Shown: positions 29,747-39,576 of the stretch, one piece after another | Position numbering within the stretch: position 1 is the stretch's first letter | How the letters are laid out: the number at the start of each line of letters is the position of its first letter | DNA from: an uncultured virus (IMG/VR IMGVR_UViG_3300044724_004089) | Lineage: Duplodnaviria > Heunggongvirae > Uroviricota > Caudoviricetes | Virus record (IMG/VR): IMGVR_UViG_3300044724_004089 | DNA length: 64,000 bases | Strand: one strand, 5' to 3' | Translations under genes and position numbers: made by a program | The notes under the pieces: generated by a model | What the model saw: the letters and a program-made list of their open reading frames with translations, nothing else | What the model was told of the DNA's origin: nothing | Databases searched by the model: none

Positions 29747-32076
29747 GTATAATAGATATACCTAGAAAAACATATGCTAAAGGTGTCTTTAATGATGCTG
29801 ACACAGACAACCCTAAATTAAAACCCGGTGTTGTTGCTATGATTAAATCTCAAATTAAAAAGTTTGAGAGTAAAGCACCTGTATCAAAGTATAGTTTAAT
29901 AGGTTCTATACTTACAAAAAGATATAGAGAAGATGCAGACTTAGATATAAATGTGTTATTTGATGTAGAACCTAGTTACAGAGAAACAATGCGTCAACAA
30001 TTAGCATCACAATTAAGAAGTATCAATGGCAAATTAATACCAGGTACAAAGCACCCAATAAACTATTATGTGATCACTGACCCAAAAGTAAAAGAAAAGG
30101 CAGATAAAGAGGCAGATGGAGTGTTTGATGTAGAAAACAATAAATTTTTAAGAAAACCTGATGCAATTACATTCGATCCTAAACAATATGAATCTGACTT
30201 TAGAAAAAAAGTAGAAGAAATAGATGTCATTAAAGGTGAACTTGTTAGAGATATTATTGACTATAAAGAATTAAAACAGTTGACAAAAGATGATGTTGAT
30301 GGTATACAGAAGTTGGTGAGTGATAAAATAAAAGAAATAGAAGAAAGTATTAAAGTGTTAATAGACATTGGTGATGAACTTTTAAAACAAAGACAAAGTG
30401 CCTTTGCTAATCCTATGACACCAGAAGAGATAAGAAAATTTGGTATTAAAAACAAATTGCCTAAAAATGTCATATACAAAATGTTAGAAAAATATCATTA
30501 CAGTAAACTCTATAAAAAATGTAAAGAAGTATTAGAAGATGGTAAAGTAACTGATGATGAAATTAAAAGTATGACAGAGGCAAAAAAAGGTTCTGTTGTA
30601 TTTACATTTGGTAGATTTAATCCACCTACCATAGGTCACGAAAAATTAATTGATAGATTAGCAAGAGTTCGTGCTAATGAGATGAGAGTTTACATTAGCA
30701 AAAGTAATGACCCTAAAAAGAACCCATTAAATCCTAGACAAAAATTAGATTATATGAAAAAGATATTTCCTAGATATGCAAGAAATATTTTTATACCAAG
30801 AACAAATATTGTCATAGACATTATCACTGATTTATATAAAGAAGGTTTTACAGATTTAAAAATGGTTGTTGGTAGTGATAGAGTAAATGAATTTAAAACA
30901 TTAATAACAAAATACAATGACGTTAAAAGTAGACACGGATATTATAACTTTGATAATATAGAAGTTATTTCAGCAGGTGAAAGAGATCCAGATGCAGAAG
31001 GTGCCACTGGTATGTCAGCAAGTAAAATGAGGGCGGCGGCACAAGCAAACGATCTTAAAACATTTGAAAAGGGATTACCCAATTTTAGAGGTGTAGATAA
31101 ACTATTTAAAGATGTAAGAAAAGGTATGAACCTCGCCGCATCTTACACAACAGGTATGGGTCATATGAATTATAGACCAATAGCAAGTTTAGAACAGTTT
31201 GAGCAAAATCAAATAAGAGATATGTATATTAGAGAAATGCTATTTAACGTTGGTGATATTGTAGAAAATGTACACTTAAATGTTAAAGGAACTGTTACAA
31301 GAAGAGGAACAAATTACGTTGTATTAGAAGATGATAATAACAACTTACATAAATCGTGGATATGGGATTGTATACCAGTGCCACCAGATAGAGAAATAGA
31401 AGTAAGAGAACATAACTTAAATGTAGACTACGGTTTCAAAACTGTGAGAGAGGAAGATATGAAAGAAGATTTAGATGCACAACCACAAGACAAAGATGTA
31501 AAGAAGAAAAAAGGAACGCAACCTAAAAAGTATTATAAAAGTTTATCAAAAGATGTAAAAAGCAAAAGAGCAGATCACTTTGCTAAACAAGATACTACAA
31601 AAGGTCCTTATAAACCTGCTCCAGGTGATAAGGATGCAAAGACAAAACCTAGTATTCATACAAAAAAATACAAACAAATGTATGGTGAAATGACACAAAA
31701 AGAGGCGTGTTGGGATGGATATAAAGCAGTAGGTATGAAAAAGAAGAATGGAAAGATGGTGCCTAATTGTGTACCAGAGAGTATGTCAATTGAAGATGCA
31801 AAAAAAGTAGAGGGTTATGTACCAGAATCTTATGAAGTCGGTCAAGACTATGCTAATCATACAAAAGACATAACACCAGGCGAAAATGCAAGTGAAAAAC
31901 CAGTGGATTCAAAGAAAAGAACACCAGAAAACAGAATTACTGCTGATGATGTCAAAGAATGGGCAGTTCAAGATGAAACAATAGATAAATATAAGGGTAG
32001 ATACGGAGATAAGTGGAAATCTAAACTTGTTGAAGTAACCAAAAAAATGATGGATAAAGTAGATGAAAAGTTTTAA
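29743..32076 (+). CDS. multidomain protein: Pol-beta-type nucleotidyltransferase + HxGH cytidyltransferase-like domain + accessory domains
   Basis: GS..TKRY...ADLDINV; FGRFNPPTIGH...VVGSDR...MSASKMR; SH3-like FNVGDIV segment; CWDGY...VPNC module. Confidence 0.75.
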   Translation: MSIIDIPRKTYAKGVFNDADTDNPKLKPGVVAMIKSQIKKFESKAPVSKYSLIGSILTKRYREDADLDINVLFDVEPSYRETMRQQLASQLRSINGKLIPGTKHPINYYVITDPKVKEKADKEADGVFDVENNKFLRKPDAITFDPKQYESDFRKKVEEIDVIKGELVRDIIDYKELKQLTKDDVDGIQKLVSDKIKEIEESIKVLIDIGDELLKQRQSAFANPMTPEEIRKFGIKNKLPKNVIYKMLEKYHYSKLYKKCKEVLEDGKVTDDEIKSMTEAKKGSVVFTFGRFNPPTIGHEKLIDRLARVRANEMRVYISKSNDPKKNPLNPRQKLDYMKKIFPRYARNIFIPRTNIVIDIITDLYKEGFTDLKMVVGSDRVNEFKTLITKYNDVKSRHGYYNFDNIEVISAGERDPDAEGATGMSASKMRAAAQANDLKTFEKGLPNFRGVDKLFKDVRKGMNLAASYTTGMGHMNYRPIASLEQFEQNQIRDMYIREMLFNVGDIVENVHLNVKGTVTRRGTNYVVLEDDNNNLHKSWIWDCIPVPPDREIEVREHNLNVDYGFKTVREEDMKEDLDAQPQDKDVKKKKGTQPKKYYKSLSKDVKSKRADHFAKQDTTKGPYKPAPGDKDAKTKPSIHTKKYKQMYGEMTQKEACWDGYKAVGMKKKNGKMVPNCVPESMSIEDAKKVEGYVPESYEVGQDYANHTKDITPGENASEKPVDSKKRTPENRITADDVKEWAVQDETIDKYKGRYGDKWKSKLVEVTKKMMDKVDEKF

Positions 32077-32413
32077 AGAATATGATAACATAGATGAGAG
32101 ATGTGAAGAGTGTATTTTTGAACACGAAGAAGAGGGTTTACAAGAGGCAGAATATCAAGGCAAAAAAGTAACTCTAAATAACCCTATGAGAACACCAGGT
32201 GGACCTAAAAAGTTCGCAGTCTATGTTACAAATGAAAAAGGTAATGTTGTCAAGGTAACTTTTGGTGATCCTAATATGGAAATCAAAAGAGATGACCCGG
32301 CAAGAAGAAAGAGTTTTAGAGCAAGACATAATTGTGACAATCCAGGTCCAAAAACAAAAGCAAGATATTGGTCTTGTTATCAATGGAGAAAGGGAGCAAA
32401 GGTAGATAACTGA
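32063..32413 (+). CDS. conserved putative virion protein
   Basis: KKFAVYV, FGDPNM, RRKSFRARHNC, RYWSC; MKSFKEY start. Confidence 0.65.
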   Translation: MKSFKEYDNIDERCEECIFEHEEEGLQEAEYQGKKVTLNNPMRTPGGPKKFAVYVTNEKGNVVKVTFGDPNMEIKRDDPARRKSFRARHNCDNPGPKTKARYWSCYQWRKGAKVDN

Positions 32414-33921
32414 TGAGTAGATATAGAAAATCAATGAAAGATGCATTAAGAGAGGTTAGAGGTATCATTAAAGAAGATACAACGTCATCATATCCTCCTA
32501 AAGAAATCAATAAAAAGAAACACGCCGCCTATAAAGATCCAAAGAGAGGTGAACACGAAATAATTAAAAAAGAATCAGATGATCCTACTGTTGATGATAT
32601 TGCAAAAGGTCTAAAGTTAGATAAGAAACTTGTTAAGAAGATAATGGGTGAAGTGTTTGACTATGATGAAAAAGTATTAGATGAGAATGTTAGTCAGCAG
32701 ATAAAAACTCTAAAAACAATTATGGCACCAATGAGAGGTGCTAAAATATCCATTGACGGTGCTAATAAGTTAATGAAAATAATGGACAAGTTTGATAAGA
32801 AAGAAGATTTGATTGCTTTATTTAAAGCAGACATACCTTTCGTGTCACAGTCTGCCGCCGCAAGATTAATCTCAAAGTTTAGAATGAGTGGTGCTGAAAT
32901 TAATAAACTAAGAGAAGAAGTTGACCTTAATGAATTTACAAAAAAAGATTTTGATAAGAACGAAGATGAAAACAAACACACAGAAAATGGTGTTGCAATT
33001 GTAAATAAGTTTGGTACATCTTCTGAAAAGAAGAAAATGAAAGATATTCAAACTAGACATAATAAAGCAGGTTCAATTACTGCTCAAGACCAAAAAGATA
33101 GAGATGCAATGGTCAACAAGTATTACAATAAATTAGAGGGTGTAAATGAAGGTAAAATGTCACAAATAGCATCTTATATAGATGACATTGCTCACGCAAT
33201 GAAGAAAAATATGAATATGAAACCTTTCATAGACAAGTTTAAAAAAGACGCACAGAAAACTTTAGATCCTAGAAAGTCATTAGAGAAAGTGCTACCTGAT
33301 TATATACCAGGGCAAGACATTGCAAAGATATTAAATATGAGTCAAGAAGAAGTTGAATTAGCAAACGCAGTTGACTCACTTTTTATAAATGAAGATAAAG
33401 CAAGAACAGAAAAAGCATTTAACGATATGATCAAAGATGGTGGTATCGACAGAAAAGACTATGAAAAATCTAAACAAATGTATAAGAGTGGAGATTTAAA
33501 AGGTTTAAGAAAACATATTTACAAATTAGATACTGCACCTTTAGAGGCAATTATGATGACCATAAGACAGAATGATCCTAAAGCATTTAAAACAATGTAT
33601 CCAAAAGCAAAGGGTGGGGATTACTTCTCAAGTATTGCATACGATCATAGAAATGAAGACTTTGAACATCAAGGTGCAAAAGATTTATTTGAAAAGATAG
33701 AAGGTTTAAAAAACAAAGCAGAAAAATCAGGTATGCCCTATGGTATACTTAAAAAAGTTTATGACAGAGGAATGGCGGCGTGGAAAGGTGGACACAGACC
33801 AGGTGCATCTCAACAACAATGGGCATTTGCTAGAGTAAATTCTTTTATTACAAAATCATCAGGTACTTGGGGTGGTGCTGATAAGGACCTCGCCGCAAAA
33901 GTAAGGAGTTCAAAAAAATGA
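32413..33921 (+). CDS. modular putative internal virion protein (DUF5824-like C-terminus)
   Basis: C-terminal VYDRGMAAW..GHRPG..QQQWAFARVNSF; repeated xxE/ junctions. Confidence 0.6.
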   Translation: MSRYRKSMKDALREVRGIIKEDTTSSYPPKEINKKKHAAYKDPKRGEHEIIKKESDDPTVDDIAKGLKLDKKLVKKIMGEVFDYDEKVLDENVSQQIKTLKTIMAPMRGAKISIDGANKLMKIMDKFDKKEDLIALFKADIPFVSQSAAARLISKFRMSGAEINKLREEVDLNEFTKKDFDKNEDENKHTENGVAIVNKFGTSSEKKKMKDIQTRHNKAGSITAQDQKDRDAMVNKYYNKLEGVNEGKMSQIASYIDDIAHAMKKNMNMKPFIDKFKKDAQKTLDPRKSLEKVLPDYIPGQDIAKILNMSQEEVELANAVDSLFINEDKARTEKAFNDMIKDGGIDRKDYEKSKQMYKSGDLKGLRKHIYKLDTAPLEAIMMTIRQNDPKAFKTMYPKAKGGDYFSSIAYDHRNEDFEHQGAKDLFEKIEGLKNKAEKSGMPYGILKKVYDRGMAAWKGGHRPGASQQQWAFARVNSFITKSSGTWGGADKDLAAKVRSSKK

Positions 33922-34742
33922 GTTATTTAGAAACAAGAAAAGGTAGTCTTGAAGAGGCAATTAGAAAACACGAAGAAGACTATCAAGCATTATTTAAAAA
34001 AGAATTAAAGAAAACAGGTAAATCAATACCTCAAATGACACCTGACGAAAAGAAAAAGTTCTTTAATAAGATAGATAAAATGCATACTGCAAAGAATGAG
34101 GCGAAGGTAGATGAGTTAACTAAAGCACAAAAGAAGTTACCACCTGCACTACAAAAAGCAATTAAGAAAAAAGAAATGAAAGAAGAACAAATTTCAGAAA
34201 TGAAAAAAGTAGAGATTAAACTTCACCCACAAAATATAGATAAAACAGTACAAAAAATTCAAAAGCACATAGACATTGAAAACAGAGGTAGAGGAACAAA
34301 AATAGATGTTATACAGAATATGAGTGATGACTCTGTAACACTTGATGGTAGAGGTGTTGATGTTAGTAGACAAGTTAAAGATATTAGAAACTTTATAGGT
34401 TTCAAAAGTGCAAGGGTAATAGAAAGTGTTAGTGAGTCAAAAGATAAGATAGCACAGTTAAAAACAAAACTTGGTAAAGAAAAAGACACTGATAAGTTAG
34501 AGGCACAAATTATAGACTTAAAAGGACAACTTGCTTTAGCAAAACAACAATTAGAAAACGAAAAGAATAAAGCAATCAAACCAGAACCTAATCCTGAAAC
34601 AGGTGAAGTTCCTTTGACAGTTGGTGTAGCATATAAACATTTGAGAGATAAGATGAAAAAAGAAAGTGAGAAGAAAAAGACTATGGTAGGAACAAAACCA
34701 AATAAAGTAGATACAAAACCTGAGGTAGAGTTCAATAAGTAA
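33918..34742 (+). CDS. Lys/Glu-rich putative internal virion protein
   Basis: Coupled ORF; LTKAQKKLPPALQKAI module. Confidence 0.55.
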   Translation: MSYLETRKGSLEEAIRKHEEDYQALFKKELKKTGKSIPQMTPDEKKKFFNKIDKMHTAKNEAKVDELTKAQKKLPPALQKAIKKKEMKEEQISEMKKVEIKLHPQNIDKTVQKIQKHIDIENRGRGTKIDVIQNMSDDSVTLDGRGVDVSRQVKDIRNFIGFKSARVIESVSESKDKIAQLKTKLGKEKDTDKLEAQIIDLKGQLALAKQQLENEKNKAIKPEPNPETGEVPLTVGVAYKHLRDKMKKESEKKKTMVGTKPNKVDTKPEVEFNK

Positions 34743-35236
34743 TGAATAACACCACGAGGATCTATTGCGATATGGATGGTGTTCTCTGCGACTTTGCGAG
34801 AAACATCAAGAACACAACAGGAATGACTGTCGATCAGTGGATGAAAATCAATCCTAAACAAGAGAGATGGGCAAAGGTAATTGAAAACAAAAATTTTTGG
34901 TCAAATATGCCTTGGTTAAATGACGGTAAAAATTTATGGAGATTTATAGATAAACATAATCCATTTATTCTATCTGCCGCCTCTCAAGAAGATCCCAATT
35001 GTAAATCAGGAAAAATGCAATGGATACAAAGAAACATAGGTGTCCCTAGAAATAGAGTGCATTTAGTTCAAAGACACGAAAAACAAATGTTTGCAAAGAC
35101 AGGTGGACAACCTTGTATCTTGATTGATGATTATTCAAGAAATACAAAAGAGTTTTCAATGAAAGGTGGTGTTGGTATCACATTTCAAAATGCAGGACAA
35201 GTTATCAGAGAACTCAAGAAACTAGGGTTCAATTGA
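34742..35236 (+). CDS. HAD-family 5'(3')-nucleotidase-like phosphatase
   Basis: DMDGVLCD, LS, K, LIDD motifs. Confidence 0.85.
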   Translation: MNNTTRIYCDMDGVLCDFARNIKNTTGMTVDQWMKINPKQERWAKVIENKNFWSNMPWLNDGKNLWRFIDKHNPFILSAASQEDPNCKSGKMQWIQRNIGVPRNRVHLVQRHEKQMFAKTGGQPCILIDDYSRNTKEFSMKGGVGITFQNAGQVIRELKKLGFN

Positions 35237-35243
35237 TATTAGT

Positions 35244-35251
35244 TATAAATA
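35244..35251 (+). promoter_or_regulatory. T4-type late promoter
   Basis: Intergenic TATAAATA upstream of the pqqA-like ORF. Confidence 0.7.
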
Positions 35252-35311
35252 CTATAGAATAAATTAATGAATTGAAACAACTAAATAATTTTTTAATAAA
35301 AGGAGAAAAAT

Positions 35312-35386
35312 ATGTGGAAAAAACCAGAAGTAAAAGAAATAAGTGTAGGATTAGAAATTAATTGCTATGCTTGTGCAGAAATATAA
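35312..35386 (+). CDS. pqqA: PQQ precursor peptide PqqA (24 aa, not in ORF track)
   Basis: MWKKPEVKEISVGLEINCYACAEI: W-x-x-P start and G-x-E-x-x-x-Y core; strong SD AAAGGAG. Confidence 0.85.
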   Translation: MWKKPEVKEISVGLEINCYACAEI

Positions 35387-35430
35387 ACAATTAGATTAAA
35401 CAAGTGAGTACCTAAAAGGGAGAGAATGTT

Positions 35431-35748
35431 ATGTCAAGTTGGTCAAATACAGATACAGGAACGAGTGCCCCACTTTGGGCAATTGCTCGTGTACAAAAAG
35501 CACCTACCGCCGCAAATATGCACGATGGTGGTGCAGGAGCATCAGGTAGATTATTTCAAAACGCAACAGAAGATAATCTTATAGACGGAGTGACTATCGG
35601 TCTTTTTAATTTTAAAGACAATGAAACACAAAGTGGTAAGGTTGCACACGTTGGTTGGAACTTAAAGACAACTGGTACAGGAGGTCGTGCTAGTAGAATA
35701 CAGTTCGAAACTTTAGTGTCATTGGCAAATAGTCAAGATGCATCATAA
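35431..35748 (+). CDS. putative virion structural protein
   Basis: SD AAGGGAG; HVGW..K..GTGGR..R...ETLV motif of T4-like structural proteins. Confidence 0.6.
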   Translation: MSSWSNTDTGTSAPLWAIARVQKAPTAANMHDGGAGASGRLFQNATEDNLIDGVTIGLFNFKDNETQSGKVAHVGWNLKTTGTGGRASRIQFETLVSLANSQDAS

Positions 35749-35759
35749 TTAACTTAACC

Positions 35760-35843
35760 AGGGACACCTTACGGTGTGGGGTGTCCCTACTAATTGATGT
35801 AAGCAAATACTTACAGTAGCATTCCCGAAAGGGTTTAAAGGAG
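35760..35843 (+). promoter_or_regulatory. structured intergenic RNA (three hairpins)
   Basis: 13-bp GC-rich stem 35760-35788; TGTAAG/CTTACA stem 35798-35815; CCC-GAAA-GGG 35824-35833 just before the SD. Confidence 0.5.
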
Positions 35844-35848
35844 ATAAA

Positions 35849-36310
35849 ATGGCAGATAAAAAAATTACAGCACTTACCGATTTGGGTGATGGTTTAGCAA
35901 CAGCAGACTTATTTCACGTTGTAGATGATCCAAGTGGTACACCAATTAATAAAAAGATTTCAGCAGAAGATGTGTTTAACAATATACCTTCGTGGTTAGG
36001 TTTAAACTCAACTTCACAATCAATAACTGGTGATGGTTCAACATCATCAGCAATTAACGTAACAACACCAGTTACAGAAGTAGATGCAACTTCCGCCGCC
36101 GCACCTTGTACGTTGGCAGATGGTGCAAACGGGCAGATAAAAACTATTATAAATGTTTCTACTAGTGGAACAAATGCAGTTACAATAACACCCACAAATT
36201 TAAGAGGTTATACAAACATAATCTTAAATGCACAAGGTGAAACAGTAACTTGTATGTTTAAAAATAGTAACTGGAATATTATAGCAGGAAATGGTTATAC
36301 AACTTCATAA
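35849..36310 (+). CDS. putative virion structural protein
   Basis: [10 protein letters not shown] start; [13 protein letters not shown]...W beta-rich domain. Confidence 0.65.
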   Translation: MADKKITALTDLGDGLATADLFHVVDDPSGTPINKKISAEDVFNNIPSWLGLNSTSQSITGDGSTSSAINVTTPVTEVDATSAAAPCTLADGANGQIKTIINVSTSGTNAVTITPTNLRGYTNIILNAQGETVTCMFKNSNWNIIAGNGYTTS

Positions 36311-36323
36311 TGAAAGGTAAATA

Positions 36324-36539
36324 ATGATTGATAAAGATACACTTGAAAGTGAAAGAATGAAATTACAATCTGATTTTGAGGCAGTTCAAGAACAGATAAG
36401 AAACACCGAAGTAACTTTAAATTCATTGAGAAATAATTTAAATGCACTTCACGGAGCAATTCAACAAACTGATAAATTATTAAAGTTGGTTGATGAAAAG
36501 AAAGAGAGTAAAAGTGGTAAAGTCGTTCAAAAATCATAG
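36324..36539 (+). CDS. small coiled-coil protein
   Basis: SD GAAAGG; heptad pattern. Confidence 0.6.
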   Translation: MIDKDTLESERMKLQSDFEAVQEQIRNTEVTLNSLRNNLNALHGAIQQTDKLLKLVDEKKESKSGKVVQKS

Positions 36540-36738
36540 TAAAGATAGAGAACTAGATGAGTTTGAAGAAGATTTAACACAAGGTAAATCTTTACAAGAA
36601 AAAGCACCTGATACTTCAGATGCTATGAAAAGATATAAATCCGGTAAAGCAGGTTTCACCGACATTGCTCATTTAAAGGCGAAAGGTCTGATACCTAGAG
36701 CAGATGGTGAAAAGAAAAAATCAGACAAATATAAGTAG
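36514..36738 (+). CDS. small putative internal virion protein
   Basis: Likely GTG start giving (M)VKSFKNH; basic C-terminus. Confidence 0.5.
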   Translation: MVKSFKNHSKDRELDEFEEDLTQGKSLQEKAPDTSDAMKRYKSGKAGFTDIAHLKAKGLIPRADGEKKKSDKYK

Positions 36739-36746
36739 AGGAGAAA

Positions 36747-37166
36747 ATGAAAACATTTAAACAACATATAAAAGAAGAAGGTGAAGGTGTAGGAACACAC
36801 GATCAGAATTCAGTTGAAGATGGTTCTATTGGTGTTCATAACGTACACGATCCAGATGTCTTGAAAAGAGTAAATGCATTTGTTGGTTCTATTGCTATGA
36901 AAGAATATTTAAACCCACAACAAGCAGTTGACGAATTAAAAAATAAACTGATGAGAATAGGTTTAAATTTTGAGGCAATAATAGAAGGTGAAAAAGGAAC
37001 TATGACTGTTCCAGTATCACGTTTTAAAACATTTGGTAAAGCAGATGATGGACAAGATATCGATAATGATGGCATAAGTGATGTGAAAGAGGGTGGTTTG
37101 AAATTAGAAATCAAACACGAATTATTACAAAACGGAACATCAAAGGTATATGCAAAACTGATATAG
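36747..37166 (+). CDS. putative internal virion protein
   Basis: MKTFKQHIKEE start; strong SD GAGGAG. Confidence 0.6.
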   Translation: MKTFKQHIKEEGEGVGTHDQNSVEDGSIGVHNVHDPDVLKRVNAFVGSIAMKEYLNPQQAVDELKNKLMRIGLNFEAIIEGEKGTMTVPVSRFKTFGKADDGQDIDNDGISDVKEGGLKLEIKHELLQNGTSKVYAKLI

Positions 37167-37169
37167 TAG

Positions 37170-37532
37170 ATGTTTCAGACGATAACGAAAGACAATTGGT
37201 TATTATTTGCACAAAAGCATTATGATAACCCTACTCTTGAAAAAGAAGTAGAATTTTATGATGATTTAAAAAGATTTAAATATCTTAAAAGACTCTTTCG
37301 TAAGTATGATACAAGTGGTAGATTAAAGGTTCGTTTAGCACTTAATCATATAATTATTTTACAAAATGTATTTGGAGTAGAACCTTGTGTAACTTTACTA
37401 CTATATAAAATAGATAGTAAACACTATGGAGTTTTAAAGGCGATACTAAATTACTTAAAGTATTTGTATCCAGATGAGTTAAACTTTATAGAAGAAGATA
37501 GTAAAGTTAGAGAACAGTTAGAGAGGTTATAG
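37170..37532 (+). CDS. conserved T4-like hypothetical protein
   Basis: FAQKHYDNP, EFYDDLKRFKYLKRL, LNHIIIL.NVFG. Confidence 0.75.
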   Translation: MFQTITKDNWLLFAQKHYDNPTLEKEVEFYDDLKRFKYLKRLFRKYDTSGRLKVRLALNHIIILQNVFGVEPCVTLLLYKIDSKHYGVLKAILNYLKYLYPDELNFIEEDSKVREQLERL

Positions 37533-38164
37533 TGTCGACAAGTGGTAATAGAGCAGTAGATATGTTAATCACATATAGATTGTTAAAATTATTAGTAGTG
37601 CCTTTTGAAAAACAAGATGCTTTTAAGTATGGTATTATTGATAAAAATGGAAGAGTATTAAAAAAATACTCAACAATTTCAAAAACAGAAGAAAAAAAGT
37701 CTTACACCTGGTTACACAGATTTGTTTTTAATGTAAAAAGAATTTTAGGTAGAGTTGGTCTGGGTGGTAGATTAGGAACTCTAGCGGCGGCGTTAGGTAT
37801 ATTATTAAAAGAAGGTGATGATGTTTCGTTAAGATTTGATGATAAATACGGAGACAGATTATCACCACTTTACAGTAAATTAAGACCCCATAAAAAAATC
37901 ATAGAATCTGCTATAATATCTTATTGTAAACACGAAAAAATATGGGAAGAAATATTAGAGCAAGACAGAAATTTACCACTTCTAGTTGAAAAAATAGAAG
38001 AGCAATTTATAGAGTGTCCTGAAGAAAAACTTGCAGGAAATTATTTTGGGTGTGATGTATATTACAATCACACATTAAATAGCACAAAATGTCCAAGAGA
38101 TGATGGACTAGTTAAAACAACTATGACGACAGGTGAAAAGAGAAGGGATATTACTTACAGATGA
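37532..38164 (+). CDS. conserved T4-like hypothetical protein
   Basis: YRLLKLLV.PF...DAFKYGIID..G, HRFVFNVKR. Confidence 0.7.
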   Translation: MSTSGNRAVDMLITYRLLKLLVVPFEKQDAFKYGIIDKNGRVLKKYSTISKTEEKKSYTWLHRFVFNVKRILGRVGLGGRLGTLAAALGILLKEGDDVSLRFDDKYGDRLSPLYSKLRPHKKIIESAIISYCKHEKIWEEILEQDRNLPLLVEKIEEQFIECPEEKLAGNYFGCDVYYNHTLNSTKCPRDDGLVKTTMTTGEKRRDITYR

Positions 38165-39576
38165 AATCATTTAAAGAATTAGCACACGAGATTGTAACAA
38201 AAGTAGATGAAGATGCTCCTGCAAATGCAGTAGGGACTGGTGCCAATGTTGCATTACCACCTACTCACGAACCAGGTGTTAAGAAAAAAAAGAAAAAGAA
38301 ACACGATCCTATCTTAATCAATAATCTCAAAAGAAAAGTACAAGAGAACAACGATAATAATAGTATGATGCTCAAGGGTGTGTTAGACAAACTTGAAGAG
38401 TTAGATAACATAGTTGATGATACATCAGGTGTAAAAAAAAACTTTATAAATGATGAAGTTAAAACTAAAAAAGAATATGTATCATTTAAAGACAAGTATA
38501 TGAATGTTAGTGAGGCATATTCATTTTTTCCTACCACTGAAGAAGAAATATCAGCAAGATTAAAAGGTTTTACACATCAAGTTGTGGTTGATATTACAAA
38601 TTTATTTAAATTATTAAAAGGTAGAGATGCAACACCTATTAATATTGATATGAAAAAACCTAATTTTATAAATGTATCTAGAATTTTTCAAGGTGTTATG
38701 GACATAGCAGACATTAAAAAGAGGGCAGGTTTAAAAGCAATTAGAATAAAATTTGGTAATGGTTCTAAAGGTAATAGAGGTGCTAATAATAGAGGAAATT
38801 TATTTGAAAAACAATTTGCTGATGCCATAGAATTATGGTATGCAGAAGGTGATGTTGCAGTTGCAGACAAAGATTTATTAAGAGCAATAAAAGATTTAGA
38901 CAAAACTTATAACCTTGGTAAGTCAAAAACATTTGATGCTAAAGTTGTTGGTGGTGAAAATACAAAAAGACCATTAGATTTTTCAGGCAAGATAAGCATT
39001 ACAAACCCTAAAGGTGTTGGTTTTAATATTGGACAAAGTGTAACAGATATAACTTTAATGACGGATAATAATCCACCAATTTATTTAAGTTTAAAATTAG
39101 GTGGCACAACAACATTCTTTAATGTTGGTATAAAAACAAAGTTAACAAAAAAAGAAATTGACGAAGGTGAAATTCTAAATGTAGATGGTAGAAAGTTACT
39201 AGATTTATTTGGTATTGATAATAAAAGATTTTGTACTATATTTAATCCTGATGTAAAAACAGAAAGTGGTGTTGTCAATGGCAGACCTGATGCATCTGCA
39301 CTATCACATTTATTACAATCAGGTATAGGTTTTGGTTATCACGTTATTCATAAAACTGCAAGAGGTATTATATCTAAAAAAATGGACGAAAGTAAGATGA
39401 GAGAATCTGCTAGAGTTGGTGCTGTTAAAATATTTTATGGTGGTAAAGGTGGTAAAGGAAAGAGAATAGATATAGAAATGGAATCTAAATTTTATATGTT
39501 TAAAATAAATATTAGGGACACACAAGGCACTGATGGTTACCCAACCAGAATGATGTGTGATTTTAAACCAAAATGA
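38161..39576 (+). CDS. putative virion protein with PD-(D/E)XK nuclease-like C-terminal domain
   Basis: MKSFKEL start; GNLFEKQ...VTDITL...YLSLK. Confidence 0.55.
   Translation: MKSFKELAHEIVTKVDEDAPANAVGTGANVALPPTHEPGVKKKKKKKHDPILINNLKRKVQENNDNNSMMLKGVLDKLEELDNIVDDTSGVKKNFINDEVKTKKEYVSFKDKYMNVSEAYSFFPTTEEEISARLKGFTHQVVVDITNLFKLLKGRDATPINIDMKKPNFINVSRIFQGVMDIADIKKRAGLKAIRIKFGNGSKGNRGANNRGNLFEKQFADAIELWYAEGDVAVADKDLLRAIKDLDKTYNLGKSKTFDAKVVGGENTKRPLDFSGKISITNPKGVGFNIGQSVTDITLMTDNNPPIYLSLKLGGTTTFFNVGIKTKLTKKEIDEGEILNVDGRKLLDLFGIDNKRFCTIFNPDVKTESGVVNGRPDASALSHLLQSGIGFGYHVIHKTARGIISKKMDESKMRESARVGAVKIFYGGKGGKGKRIDIEMESKFYMFKINIRDTQGTDGYPTRMMCDFKPK

Noticed and set aside
35755..35848. tRNA gene
   Set aside because: No cloverleaf, TTC loop or CCA end; no tRNA recognised anywhere in the window.
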